Positions 25,708 to 38,400 are shown, numbered from the stretch's first letter. The stretch is DNA of 64,000 nt from Octopus sinensis (GCF_006345805.1 NC_043022.1:7502001-7566000); one strand, 5' to 3'. Numbers and translations: made by a program. Notes: generated by a model from the letters alone, not told the origin.

Positions 25708-26264
25708 TAGAGGGAGAGAGAGTTCGAAAGAGAGAGATAAGGAGAAATCTATAAAAATGAAAGGTGTGAGAAAAAAAAAATCAAATTGAAGCAAAAAACA
25801 ATCTAGGAAAAAAATATATATATAAAAAAGACAAATAAATTGTGCAGAATGAATAAAAAAAATGTCCAAGAATGAGAAATGTTTAATTTCCGGTTGTAGA
25901 TAATTTACTTGGAACAATTCGACCTAACGTTTAAAGCCTCGGTTGGGGTGGCATCTCGATTTTTTTTCAATTGGACATCGCAATATACGTCTTTTGTGCC
26001 TTCATGTTTCTTGAAGAAAAACGCGATTCCATTATCTTACCGTTTTTTTTTTTTTTTTGGTCTGGTGATGCTGCTTTTGTTGCTGGGTAATTGGGATGTT
26101 TGTGATGATGATGATGATGATGATGGTGGCGGTGGTGGTGGTGGTGGTGGTGGTGATGATGGTGGTGGTAGTGATGGTGAGGTAATGAATACAGGTCGTG
26201 GGGTTTGTGGGGTCGTAGGGCTCATATCTACCTGTCTAAGACTAAGCATATCTGAATCTTTAAG

Positions 26265-26328
<64 letters not shown>

Positions 26329-26351
26329 TATCATGTCTGACTGTCTGTTTG

Positions 26352-26394
<43 letters not shown>

Positions 26395-26462
26395 CCAAAA
26401 GAAAAGCTCTACCTTGTAATTTATTCTATCTGTGTGCAGCCCTGTGTGGCTAATAAAGAAAC
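26395..26462 (+). mobile_element. Tx1-like family, extreme 3' end in (TATC)n
   Basis: AAAAGCTCTACCTTGTAATT...GCAGCCCTGTGTGGCTAATAAAGAAAC with (TATC)n on both sides. Confidence 0.7.
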
Positions 26463-26463
26463 A

Positions 26464-26510
<47 letters not shown>

Positions 26511-26670
26511 AGGCTTCTTTCTTTTTCTATGTATGTATGTATGTATGTATGTATGTATGTATGTATGTATGTATGTTTATTTATTATGTGAGTGTACACA
26601 CATACATACATACATACATACATACATACATACATACATACATACATACATACATACATACGTATTCCTT

Positions 26671-27077
26671 TATTCTTTTACATGTTTCAGTTATCTGACT
26701 GCGGCCATGCTGGGGTACTACCTTAAAGGGCTTCAGTCGGAGAAATCGACCCCAGGACTTATTCTTTCTAAGCCTAGTAGTTATTCTATCGGTCTGATTT
26801 GCCGAACCGCTAAGTAATACGGGCATAAACACAATAACATCAGTTGCCAAGAGATGGTGAGTAGGGGCACAGACACAGGCACACAGACACGGACACATAA
26901 ATACATACATATACGACGAGCTTCTTTCAGTTTCCGTCTACCAAATCCACTCACAAGACTTTAGGCGGCCCGAGGCTATAGTAGAAGATATTCGCCCGAC
27001 GTGCCACGCAGTAGGGGTGAATCCGGAACCGTGTGGTTGGGAGGCAAACTTCTTACCACGCTGCCATGCCTGCGCCT
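26671..27077 (-). mobile_element. SINE family A, full length (diverged)
   Basis: Aligns with the family A consensus end to end. Confidence 0.85.
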
Positions 27078-27375
27078 ATATATCATATGTCAGATATATA
27101 AGAATTACTAATAGATGTCTTCGTCTTTCTACTTGTATATCTTTGTAACTTGTATTAGGTCGTGAAACAGATGTAATGGGCAATAACAAATACTAACTTT
27201 TTCGAGTTTGCTGCTTTGATATGTAATTACTCTACAAAAAGATTGTTTCATTATTTTCCAGTATTTTTCTAGTATTTTCAACTTTCATATAAAGAAGATA
27301 ACATCTACAAAATTACTGAATATGCAGATGTTCTTAATGAGGAAATAATTTGGATCATAGCCCCATCTACATATC

Positions 27376-27605
27376 TATTTCTTTATTACCCACAAGGGGC
27401 TAAACACAGAGGGGACAAACAAGGACACACATAGGTATTAAGTCGATTACATCGACCCCAGTGCGTAACTGGTACTTAATTTATCGACCCCGAAAGGATG
27501 AAAGGCAAAGTCGACCTCGGCGGAATTTGAACTCACAACGTAACGCAGACGAAATACCGCTAAGCATTTCGCCCAGCGTGCTAACGTTTCTGCCAGCTCG
27601 CCGCC
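27376..27605 (-). mobile_element. SINE family B, full length
   Basis: Head GGCGGCGAGCTGGCAGAAACGTTAGCACGCTGGGCG on the minus strand; B-box GAGTTCAAATTCC. Confidence 0.9.
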
Positions 27606-28394
27606 TGTGACCCATCTACATATCATATACATATACACACGATAGGATGCTAAAAAAATCCTGGCTTTAAGGGTATTGCGAAAGACCTGATTGCAGACCC
27701 AACCTTCTAATTTTTTTTTTTTGCGGGGCTTACAAAAGCTGAAGGAGCGCTGCAATAAGTGTGTGAATCTGAGAGGGAGACATGTTGAATAAAATCATAA
27801 TTAACTGATGTACCTCTATTTTCTTTTGCCCACAGCTAGGAACTTTTCAGCGCCCACACTCGTATGTACGATTGACAAGCGAAAGCAAGAGGGATTCAAC
27901 AGATATTACTGGAGCACATATATTACTATTTAATAAATGTTTTATTGGGCTCCATGCAACTTAAAGCTTCGTAGGTCGTCACATGAAACAAACTCATCAG
28001 ATTTTGGCGCCTACGCCTGAGGAGCGTGGCACATCCGACGAGCCTGCGAAACTTTGTGTTGGGCGCAACCGAATCGAACTGTTACTAAATACTAATATAC
28101 ACACGTATATATCCATGCATGAAAAGGTACATACGCACATACATACATGTTAACTTCTACAACCATACACACACATACACACAAATATTTATATGTAGGA
28201 GAGAGAGAGAGAGAGAGAGAGAGAGGGGAGAGTGAAAGAGAGGGGGAAGGAAGAGGAGACGGAAGAGTGTCTTTATGATAGACGCAAGCACTTCAATATG
28301 CTTGATTAAGTTTGACACAAATTGTCTTAATTGATTTATAGGGAGACTTTGTTACCTGAATGGCGGCTTGTGTAGGTTTTAGAGTCTCGCATGT

Positions 28395-28405
28395 GACCGT
28401 GTGTG

Positions 28406-28438
<33 letters not shown>

Positions 28439-28780
28439 ATTTGTGTGCATGCATGTGTGTGGCGATAATTCCTGGTATGTCATTGCTGTGTGGTGCATGT
28501 GTATATGTGTGTGTGTGTGTTTGTGTGTCTGTTTATACAAACATACATACATACATGCATACATATACATACATATATGCATGCACACACACGCACACAC
28601 ACATATATACATACATATATTCATATATACATATGTACACACACATATATATATATAAATGTGGATATACACGCAAATGTATATGAGTGTGTGTATGTGT
28701 GTGGTTTGTGCTAGCGTATGACTATGTATATATGTATGCATGTATAGATATGTACACACACACACACATATGTATATATT

Positions 28781-28829
<49 letters not shown>

Positions 28830-29107
28830 CTGCTTGCATACATGTATGTATGTATGTATGTATGTATGTATGTATAAATGCATGTACATATGTATGTATG
28901 TATGTACGTATGTATATATGCATATGTGTATGTACATATATATGTATGCATGCCTGTATTTACATATGTATGTGTGTATTGTGTATGTATGTATGCATGC
29001 ATGCATGTATGTATGTATGTATGTATGTATGTATGTATGTATGTATGTATGTATATATATGTGTGTGTATGTATGTATGTATGTATGTGTGTGTGTATGT
29101 ATGCATG

Positions 29108-29141
<34 letters not shown>

Positions 29142-29195
29142 TGTATGTATGTATGTATATATGTATGTGTGTGTGTATGTATGTATCTATGTATG
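28395..29195. repeat. (TG)n/(TA)n/(TATG)n compound microsatellite
   Basis: Direct inspection. Confidence 0.95.
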
Positions 29196-29509
29196 TAGAC
29201 TATTTAACTATACTGACGAAGGATTGCCGCTATTTGACGATTGGTGATTGGTGACTAGAGATTGGTGATTGGTCCGCCGATGGCATATAGTTGGGTGGTG
29301 GTGCTGGTGGTAATGCGGTGGGGATTAAATTATTTGTAATGACTGCAATAAAATGTCTGTTCTCCTTATTAATGATATTGGTGCAACCCCCGGATGGTGG
29401 CGCTGTTGCTGATGCCGAAGCGGTGGAGGTGGAGGTAGGGTTGCGCGGGGCTAGAAAGTCTTCGTTAAGATGGCTACGGCTAATATAATGATGATGGCTA
29501 AGATAGCAT

Positions 29510-30820
29510 TGGTGGTGGTGGTGGTGGTGGTGGTGGTGGTGAAGATCCTTATGTTGATGGTGTGATGGTGGTGGTGGTGGTGGTGGAGTGAAGATCCTTA
29601 TGTTGATGGTGTGGTGGTGGTGGTGGTGGTGGTGGAGTGAAGATCCTTATGTTGATGGTGTGATGGTGGTGGTGGTGGTGGTGGAGTGAAGATCCTTATG
29701 TTGATGGTGTGATGGTGGTGGTGGTGGTGATGGTGGTGGTAGTGGTGGTAGTGAAGATCCTTATGTTGATGGTGTGATGGTGGTGGTGGTGGTGGTGGAG
29801 TGAAGATCCTTATGTTGATGGTGTGATGGTGGTGGTGGTGGTGGTGGAGTGAAGATCCTTATGTTGATGGTGTGATGGTGGTGGTGGTGGTGGTGGAGTG
29901 AAGATCCTTATGTTGATGGTGTGATGGTGGTGGTGGTGGTGGTGGAGTGAAGATCCTTATGTTGATGGTGTGATGGTGGTGGTGGTGGTGATGGTGGTGG
30001 TGGTGGTGATGGTGGTGGTGGTGGTCGTAGTGAAGATCCTTATGTTGATGGTGTGATGGTGGTGGTGGTGGTGATGGTGGTGGTGGTGGTCGTAGTGAAG
30101 ATCCTTATGTTGATGGTGTGATGGTGGTGGTGGTGGTAGTGGTGGTAGTGAAGATCCTTATGTTGATGGTGTGATGGTGGTGGTGGTGGTGGTGGTAGTG
30201 GTGGTGGTGGTAGTGAAGATCGTTATGTTGATGGTGTGATGGTGGTGGTGGTGGTAGTGGTGGTAGTGAAGATCCTTATGTTGATGGTGTGATGGTGGTG
30301 GTGGTGGTGATGGCGGTGGTGGTGGTCGTAGTGAAGATCCTTATGTTGATGGTGTGATGGTGGTGGTGGTGGTGGTGGAGTGAAGATCCTTATGTTGATG
30401 GTGTGATGGTGGTGGTGGTGGTGATGGTGGTGGTGGTGGTCGTAGTGAAGATCCTTATGTTGATGGTGTGATGGTGGTGGTGGTGGTGGTAGTGAAGATC
30501 GTTATGTTGATGGTGTGATGGTGGTGGTGGTAGTGGCGGTAGTGAAGATCCTTATGTTGATGGTGTGATGGTGGTGGAGTGAAGATCCTTTTGTTGATGG
30601 TGTGATGGTGGTGGTGGTGGCGGTGGAGTGAAGATCCTTATGTTGATGGTGTGATGGTGGTGGTGGTGGAGTGAAGATCCTTATGTTGATGGTGTGATGG
30701 TGGTGGTGGTGGTGATGGAGTGAAGATCCTTATGTTGATGGTGTGATGGTGGTGGTGGTGGTGGTGGTAGTGGTGGTGGTGGTAGTGAAGATCGTTATGT
30801 TGATGGTGTGATGGTGGTGG
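29510..30820. repeat. Minisatellite: constant GTGAAGATCCTTATGTTGATGGTGTGATG module with variable (GGT)n spacers
   Basis: About 24 modules counted by eye; the spacers are GGT/GAT/AGT runs. Confidence 0.95.
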
Positions 30821-31776
30821 AGGTCAAACTTTCTTTAGTGGGATAGCTACGGTGATATTAGCAAAGGTAGTTGTATTGGTTGTGGTGATGGTAGTTGGGG
30901 TAGTGTGGTATTGGTATGAGTGGTAGTTGTGTTGTTGTTGTTGTTGTTGTTACTGTTGTTATTGACGTTGGTAGTGGTGGTTGTTTGTTTGAGAGGTTGT
31001 GGTGGTGGTGATAGAGGTGGTTGTGGTGTTGGTAGTGTTGTCACTTGTAGTTCTGATGGTAGTAGTGGTTGTAGTTCTAGAGGTGGTAGTTGTGGTGGTG
31101 GTGGCGGTGGTTGTTGTAATGCTGATGGTAGTTATAGAGGTGGTAGCTGTGGTGGTGGTGGTGGTGGTGGTGGTGGTGGTGGTGGTGGTAGTAGTTGTAG
31201 AGGTGGTAGTGGTGGTTGTGTTAATGGTGGTGGTAGTTGTGGTGGTGGTTGTAGTAGTTGTTGGGTGTTAGTGTTTTGGTTCTAGTGGTTGTGGTGGTGG
31301 GAAATGTTTGTGGTAGTGGTGGTGGTTGTAGCTGTAGTTGTGGTAGGGTTGGTGGTGGTGATTAGTGGGTGTGTTAGTACAGTAGTAGTGATGGTGCTAG
31401 TGGCGATGGTAGTGTTGGTGTTAGTGCAGATTGTAGTCTGGTATTTATAATGGTGGTAGCATTAGGGGTGACAGTGGTGGTGGTGGCATTTGTCGTGTTT
31501 GCGTGGAGGTGTGGGTTAGCGATGGTTGAAGAGTCGAGACGGCGCTAACGGACAGGCTACAGTAAATATAATGAACATCAGGAATAGTAGCAATAGTAGT
31601 ATCGGCAGTGGTGTTGCTAGTGGTGTTGGTGGTTGTAGCGGTTGTTGTGTTGCTGTAGTAATAGCTGTAGTGTCGGTGTTGGTAGACGAGGCAGCACGAT
31701 GGTGAAGGATTGGTGCAACAATGGAAAGACTACGAAACCAAGGTAACCGACATATTTCTCCGAGTCACAAAGCCCG

Positions 31777-31845
31777 CGTCACGTCATTGTGAAGCGGAAG
31801 TGAATGACATTACAACTTCCGGAATCATGTCTTCTTACTATAAAA
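31777..31845 (+). promoter_or_regulatory. Candidate Pol II promoter (CRE-like, two opposed ETS sites, TATA-like)
   Basis: CGTCACGTCA at 31777, GCGGAAGTG at 31794, ACTTCCGG at 31815 and TATAAAA at 31839, all in non-repetitive sequence. Confidence 0.3.
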
Positions 31846-32003
31846 ACCGACGACTAAAAACAGACTTGCTTCCGAAAAAGGTTTTCGTTTTTAAACAGTA
31901 AAAGAGACAGAGGGATTTAGACGGCGAGCTACGAGGGAAGACAGACGGGTGGCGGTAGTCGTCTGGGGTGGGGTATAGACAGACAGATATGTGCGTGTTT
32001 GTT

Positions 32004-32039
<36 letters not shown>

Positions 32040-32172
32040 GTGTGTGTGTGTTTTATATAAATGTAAACAACAAGCGGACACTCAGTCACGGCTTCAATAC
32101 GTGTATAGAGCGAAATAGTCAAAGGGTTAATTAATACTTCTCTGGGGCTTCCAGAGAGATTGTGGTGCCATA

Positions 32173-32400
32173 TACTCTTTACTCTCTTTTACTTGTTTGA
32201 GTCATTTTGACTGTGGCCATGCTGGAGCACCAACTTTAGTCGACCAAATCGACCCCAGGACTTATTCTTTGTAAGCCTAGTTCTTATTCTATCGGTCTAT
32301 TTTGCCGAACCGCTAAGTTACGGGGACGTAAACACACCAGCATCGGTTGTCAGGCGATGTTGGGGGGACAAACACAGACACACAAACATATACACACACA

Positions 32401-32452
<52 letters not shown>

Positions 32453-32606
32453 TACGACGGGCTTCTTTCAGTTTCCGTCTACCAAATCCACTCACAACGG
32501 CATTGGTCGGCCCGACGCTATAGTAAAAGACACTTGCCCAAGGTGCCACGCAGTGGAACTGAACCCGGAACCATGTGGTTGGTAAGCAAGCTACTTACCA
32601 CACAGC

Positions 32607-32610
<4 letters not shown>
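32173..32610 (-). mobile_element. SINE family A, full length
   Basis: A-box TGGCTGTGTGG, B-box-like GGTTCAGTTCC, CORE-like CACCTTGGGCAAGTGTCTT, internal (TA)n and tail. Confidence 0.9.
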
Positions 32611-32640
<30 letters not shown>

Positions 32641-32642
<2 letters not shown>

Positions 32643-34068
32643 ATTGTTTTTGATTGTTTTTGATTTTGTCGTTTACACAGTATGGTAGAGTCAGACGGGC
32701 ACCGTCTTTGAGAGAAAAAAAAACAGCATCATGACGCAATCCACTCTGCCATAAATTCGGAAACGACATGCTGTACTGCTTGGCAAACGCGCTGGAAGTT
32801 CCAGAGAGTCTGGGTGGCAATCCGAGGACAGATTTATTCTTTTACTTGTTTCAGTCATTAAACTGCGGTCGTAATGGGGTACCGTCTTGAAGAATTGTAG
32901 TCGAATAAATCGACCCCAGGACACATTTTATTCTTTAAGCCTGGTTCTATCAGTCTCTTTTTGCCGAACCGCTAACTAACAGAGACATAAGCACACCATG
33001 ACCGGCTTTCAAGTGGTGGCGGGGGATAAACACAAACACAAAGAGACACACACATAAATATACACTTATACATACAAATACACACGACGGACCTCTTTCA
33101 GCTTCCGTCTACCAAATCCACTCATAGAGGTCAGGTCGGCTCGAGGCTATAGTAGAAGACATTTACCCAAACTATCACGGAGTGGGAGTTTGCACCGAAG
33201 TTTACGATGTGGTTTTGTTACGCTAACTTTTTACGATAAACCACTGCTAATTTATGCTTTAAATATTATTTCTCAAATTAAAGTCTGTATTCGGTGAATG
33301 TATTAATATTAATACACACGACGGACTTTTTTCAGTTTCCGTCAACCAAATCAATTGATTGTTTTTGATTGTTTTTGATTTTGTCGTTTACACAGTATGG
33401 TAGAGTCAGACGGGCACCGTCTTTGAGAGAAAAAAAAACAGCATCATGACGCAATCCACTCTGCCATAAATTCGGAAACGACATGCTGTAACTGCTTGGC
33501 AAACGCGCTGGAAGTTCCAGAGAGTCTGGGTGGCAATCCGAGGACAGATTTATTCTTTTACTTGTTTCAGTCATTAAACTGCGGTCGTAATGGGGTACCG
33601 TCTTGAAGAATTGTAGTCGAATAAATCGACCCCAGGACACATTTTATTCTTTAAGCCTGGTTCTATCAGTCTCTTTTTGCCGAACCGCTAACTAACAGAG
33701 ACATAAGCACACCATGACCGGCTTTCAAGTGGTGGCGGGGGATAAACACAAACACAAAGAGACACACACATAAATATACACTTATACATACAAATACACA
33801 CGACGGACCTCTTTCAGCTTCCGTCTACCAATCCACTCATAGAGGTCAGGTCGGCTCGAGGCTATAGTAGAAGACATTTACCCAACTATCACGGAGTGGG
33901 AGTTTGCACCGAAGTTTACGATGTGGTTTTGTTACGCTAACTTTTTACGATAAACCACTGCTAATTTATGCTTTAAATATTATTTCTCAAATTAAAGTCT
34001 GTATTCGGTGAATGTATTAATATTAATACACACGACGGACTTTTTTCAGTTTCCGTCAACCAAATCAA
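32641..34068. repeat. Near-identical ~714-bp tandem duplication
   Basis: 32641-33355 versus 33356-34068. I saw only two 1-nt indels (GTACTGC/GTAACTGC; ACCAAATCC/ACCAATCC). Confidence 0.9.
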
Positions 34069-34211
34069 CTCATAGAGGTCAGGTCGGCCCGAGGCTATAG
34101 TAGAAGACATTTACCCAAACTATCACGGAGTGGGAGTCAGCACGGAGGTTTACGATGTGGTTTTGTTACACTAACTTTTTACCATAAACCACTGCTAATT
34201 TATGCTTTAAA

Positions 34212-34575
34212 CTAGCACTATGACCCAGCAACGACGGGTCATACTGCTAGTGCATGCATATAGAGCTGCGTGCGTGCGCACATACACACGAGTACTGTCC
34301 AAATCTCCGACCAATCACATACAGCTAGCTGGCATTCAATTGGCGTATCAAGTTTCAGGCATTTTGATTGGGTTTTGGATAAAAAATTCACAAAAAAGTC
34401 ACTTCTATTGATTTTTTAATGGCTTTGCGGGGTGACTAGGGAAATATAAAGATGTGCACGACCACCCTTGGACGGTTTTGAATGACTATAGAAAGTGTGA
34501 GCCCTCTAACTGAAAAATTACGGATTTGTACAAAGGACACGCACACAGACATTTTGCCGTTTATATATACAGAGA
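34212..34575 (-). mobile_element. Non-autonomous Helitron
   Basis: Minus 5' end TCTCTGTATATATAAACGGCAAAATGTCTG resembles the 269-653 start. The 3' end is a hairpin followed by CTAG|T. Confidence 0.75.
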
Positions 34576-35127
34576 TTTTGCTACGCTAACTTTTTTACCA
34601 TGAACCACTGCTAATTTATGCTTCAAATAATATTTCCCAAATCAAAGTCTGCATTCGGTGAATGTATTAATAAGGCAATTATAACAAAATCTTCCAAGAC
34701 AAAAAGAAGTTTATCGTCTTAAGATTCCTCGCAACAAATTTAACACTAGACATCATGGCCAAATAATTTCCTGTTTGCTTAAAGACAACTGACGCCTACA
34801 GTGCAAGAATTTAAACTCCAGTAATTACGACCGAGAAACAGACACGAACGGCGTTCGTATAATTCACTGCTGTCGTAATGACGGCAATAAAAGGCCGCCA
34901 TGAAATATCTCATTTTGAAGATATGTCCGTGGAGGTGACGATATGTTTAAGAGACAGTTTGGAAAATTTGTTATTGTATTGTTGCACACCAAATATGAAG
35001 GACAGATTAGGAAATGTGTAAAATGCTTTGGAGAACACATACATACAAACATACATACATACACACACAGACGCATGCACGCACAAAAATAATAATAATA
35101 ATGATAATAATAATATTTAAAAAAAAT

Positions 35128-35542
35128 TTCTCTATTGCACACAAGAGGCTAAACATAAAGGGGACAAACAAGGACAGACAAACGGATTAAGTCGATATAT
35201 ATCGACCCCAGTGCGTAACTGGTACTTATTTAATCGACCCCGAAAAGGATGAAAGGCAAAGTCGACCTCGGCGGAATTTGAACTCAGAATGTAGCGGTAG
35301 ACGAAATACCTATTTCTTTACTACCCACAAGGGGCTAAACACAGAGGGGACAAACAAGGATAAACAAACGGATAAAGTCGATTACATCGACCCCAGTGCG
35401 TAACTGGTACTTAATTTATCGACCCCGAAAGGATGAAAAGCAAAGTCGACCTCGGCGGAATTTGAACTCAGAACGCAACGGCAGACGAAATACGGCAACG
35501 CATTTCGCCCGGCGTGCTAACGTTACCGCCAGCTCTCCGCCC
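35128..35542 (-). mobile_element. Tandem pair of SINE family B
   Basis: Two consecutive bodies with one head at 35542. Confidence 0.85.
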
Positions 35543-35574
35543 TAATTATTATGATTGTTGTTGTTATTATTATT

Positions 35575-36072
35575 ATTTTATGTTTGACTTTTGCTTTACT
35601 TTTGTAGAAGTCGGTTCCAAGTCTCACCCAGAGATCTCAAGAGACAACAAGCTGGAAGTTCATGTTGGTGTTATGCCTAGGGTGCCATATATTTGATTTT
35701 GTACATAGTGTTGTTCTAGAGAATGTTTAAGAAACCATAAGAAAATTGTGTTTGTTTTAAAACTTGAGATTACATAGAAAGTATTTTGCGTAGGATATGA
35801 GCAGTTCCCATGAGCAGTATCTTTTGAATTTCTGCCATTTTGGGGTTTCCTGGTATCTGAGCTAGGTAGCAATCAGCCCCTTTTGCTCTCATTCCCAGGG
35901 CACCTATGACAACAGGTATTGTTTTAGTCTTCAGGTTCCACATTTTGCTAATTTCTATTTCAAGATCTTTATACTTGCTCAGTTTTTGGTAGGTCTTAAC
36001 AGATACGTTCATATCGATTGGGACTGTCATATTAATGAGGATATATCGATTGGGACAGTCATATCAATGAGG
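35575..36072 (-). mobile_element. R4/Dong-like RLE non-LTR retrotransposon 3' end
   Basis: LIDMTVPIDMNVSVKTYQKLSKYKDLEIEISKMWNLKTKTIPVVIGALG...ILRKILSM* is a restriction-like endonuclease C-terminus. Flanked by (TAA)n-type repeats. Confidence 0.85.
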
Positions 36073-36853
36073 ATTATTATTATTACTATTATTATTATTA
36101 TTATTGAGTGAGAGAGCAGTGCATGCCATCAAAGTGACACTGGGGTAAAATATACGAAGCCCAGTATACCCATCATGACTACCCGTCTGATAAGGGTACA
36201 CCAGGCACATGCATCACAACCATATGTGCGCCACATGGTGATCTCATATCAAGATAAACAGCACATGACCTTGCAGATGGGGCCCAGTTAGAATTTTCTT
36301 CAGGTTGAGTAGCCCATCCCGCTCAAAAGGTCCCTGAATAAGGGTTGTTTAAGGATGTTGAAAGAACCACCCATGTTTCCAGAGGTGAATTATTCAAACC
36401 CCAAAGAATCCCTCTCAACACATGGCTATGATGCTCCCCCACTACTTCTACTCGTGATCAGAGATGCACATATCGTCAGCACTAAGGGAATATATTATTT
36501 ATTATTATTATTATTATCATTATTATTATAATTATTATTATTATTATTATTATCATCATCATTATTATTATTATTATTTAATAACTGTTTAATTCAACTC
36601 CATGCAATTTAAAAGTGTTGTATAACAAGTCTACAAAACCAAGTTGCATGAAGCCAAATCAAACAGTTACTAACAAATAACAAGATCTGCTTCTAATCAC
36701 TTAAACAAGTAAAAGATAAACGTAAAGACATTTATGCTTACACACACACACACACACAACACACATACACATGCGCGCGCACTCAGAAAGTTCGAGAGTA
36801 AGAATAATGAAGAACGAGGATAACAAATACACATACTCACAAAACAGAGGCAA

Positions 36854-36898
<45 letters not shown>

Positions 36899-37134
36899 CA
36901 GAGAAAGAGAGGGAGAGAGAGAGGGAGAAAAAGAGAAACAAAGGGAGACAGGCTTACAAAGAATTAGTCCTGGGGTCGATTTGCTCGACTAAAAGCGGTG
37001 CTCCCGCATGGCCGCAGTCAAACGACTGAAATATGTAAAAGAGTAAAAGAGTATATATGTATAAACGCATGCGTGGTTGTATGGTAAAAAGATTGCTTCC
37101 TGCCGGCATGGATGGTTGCGGGTGTGGATCAGAG

Positions 37135-37159
37135 GATAGGTAGGTAGATAGATAGATAG

Positions 37160-37192
<33 letters not shown>

Positions 37193-37551
37193 TGATTGAT
37201 TGATTGATAAAGATAAATAAAAATAAATAAGGGGAGAGAGAGAGGAGAGAGATAAAGGGTGCTAAAGAAACTAGAAGACAAACACACATACCCACAAAAA
37301 ACAGAGAGAAGAGAGAGAGGAGAGAGAGGGAGAGACAGAGAAGAGAAGGAGGAGTAGAGAAGAAAAAAGAGAGAGAGTGATAAGAGGATAACGGGAGAGA
37401 GGAGAGAGAGCGAGAGAGAGAGAGAGAGAGAGAGTGAAGAGAAAAAGTAAGGGGAGAGAGAAGGAGATATATGAAGAGTGAGAAAGAAAATGGAAGAGAA
37501 ATACACATACCACAGAAAGAAAATGGAAGAGAAATACACATACCACAGAAC

Positions 37552-37598
<47 letters not shown>

Positions 37599-37994
37599 GG
37601 AAAGAAAGAAAGAGAAAAAAGGGGAAGAAAGAAAGAAAGAGAAAAGAAGAAAGAAAGAAGAAGAAAAAGAAAGAAAAAAGAAGAGAGAGAGAAAGAAGAA
37701 AGAAAAGAAAGAAAGAAAGAAAGAAAGAAAAAGAAGAGAGAAAGAAAGAAAGGGAAATGCATACACAGGCGAAACGCTTAAAGGTAGATTGAGGAAGATT
37801 GATGGACAACTAGAATAAGGGAAGAACGAGATAGATGGATAGATATAGATATATATATAGAGAGAGAGAGAGAGGGAGAGAGAGACAGAGAGGCAGACAG
37901 ATTGATAGATAGACAGACAGACAGACAGACAGATAGATAGATTGATAGATAGATAGATAGAAAGACATACAGACAGATAGATAGATAGATAGAC

Positions 37995-38030
<36 letters not shown>

Positions 38031-38150
38031 GGATAGATGGATAGTGATAAATGGTGATAGATAGATAAATGGTTATATAAATAAATAGATAGATACAGAT
38101 AGAAAGAGAGAGAGAGATGGAGAGAGAGAGATGGAGAGAGAGAGAGACGG
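37135..38150. repeat. (GATA)n/(GA)n/(GAAA)n purine-rich microsatellite block
   Basis: Direct inspection. Confidence 0.95.
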
Positions 38151-38182
38151 AAGGGTGAAGAAAGAGAGGTGATAGTAGCGGG

Positions 38183-38400
38183 TGTTTAAAAATATGTCTC
38201 CTAGGAAGTGACTACTGACCAATGTGTGTAAAGGAGCCATAGAAGAAGTATTGAAGACAAGCCATAAATCTAAGAAGCTGTCTGGCATGTCATTTCTGCT
38301 AGACATTTTGCTCATGCGAACAAATTTGTACCAAGAACGGTGCCAACGTATTTCATAGGAAAGAAGAAGAAACAACATAACAGAGAATGGTACGAACATC
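38183..38400 (+). pseudogene. Possible decayed THAP zinc-finger coding remnant (transposon-derived)
   Basis: With stops and frameshifts: MSPRK*LLTNVCKG...KKY*RQAINLR...WHVISARHFAHANKFVPRTVPTYF. This compares with the THAP pattern C..C...W..AI.R...VCS.HF...VPTIF. Confidence 0.35.

Noticed and set aside
27990-28070. Hammerhead-like words (CCGACGA...CGAAAC on +; CTGATGAG on -)
   Set aside because: Stem I cannot be formed on +, and the - motif lacks a GAAA partner.
29510-30820. CRISPR-like repeat-spacer appearance
   Set aside because: Spacers are low-complexity (GGT)n runs rather than unique sequences, there are no cas genes, and the context is eukaryotic.
34915-35040. ...HTKYEGQIRKCVKCFGEH, reminiscent of an L1/Tx1 ORF1 zinc knuckle
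   Set aside because: Too short and incomplete (no full CCHC) to support a call.
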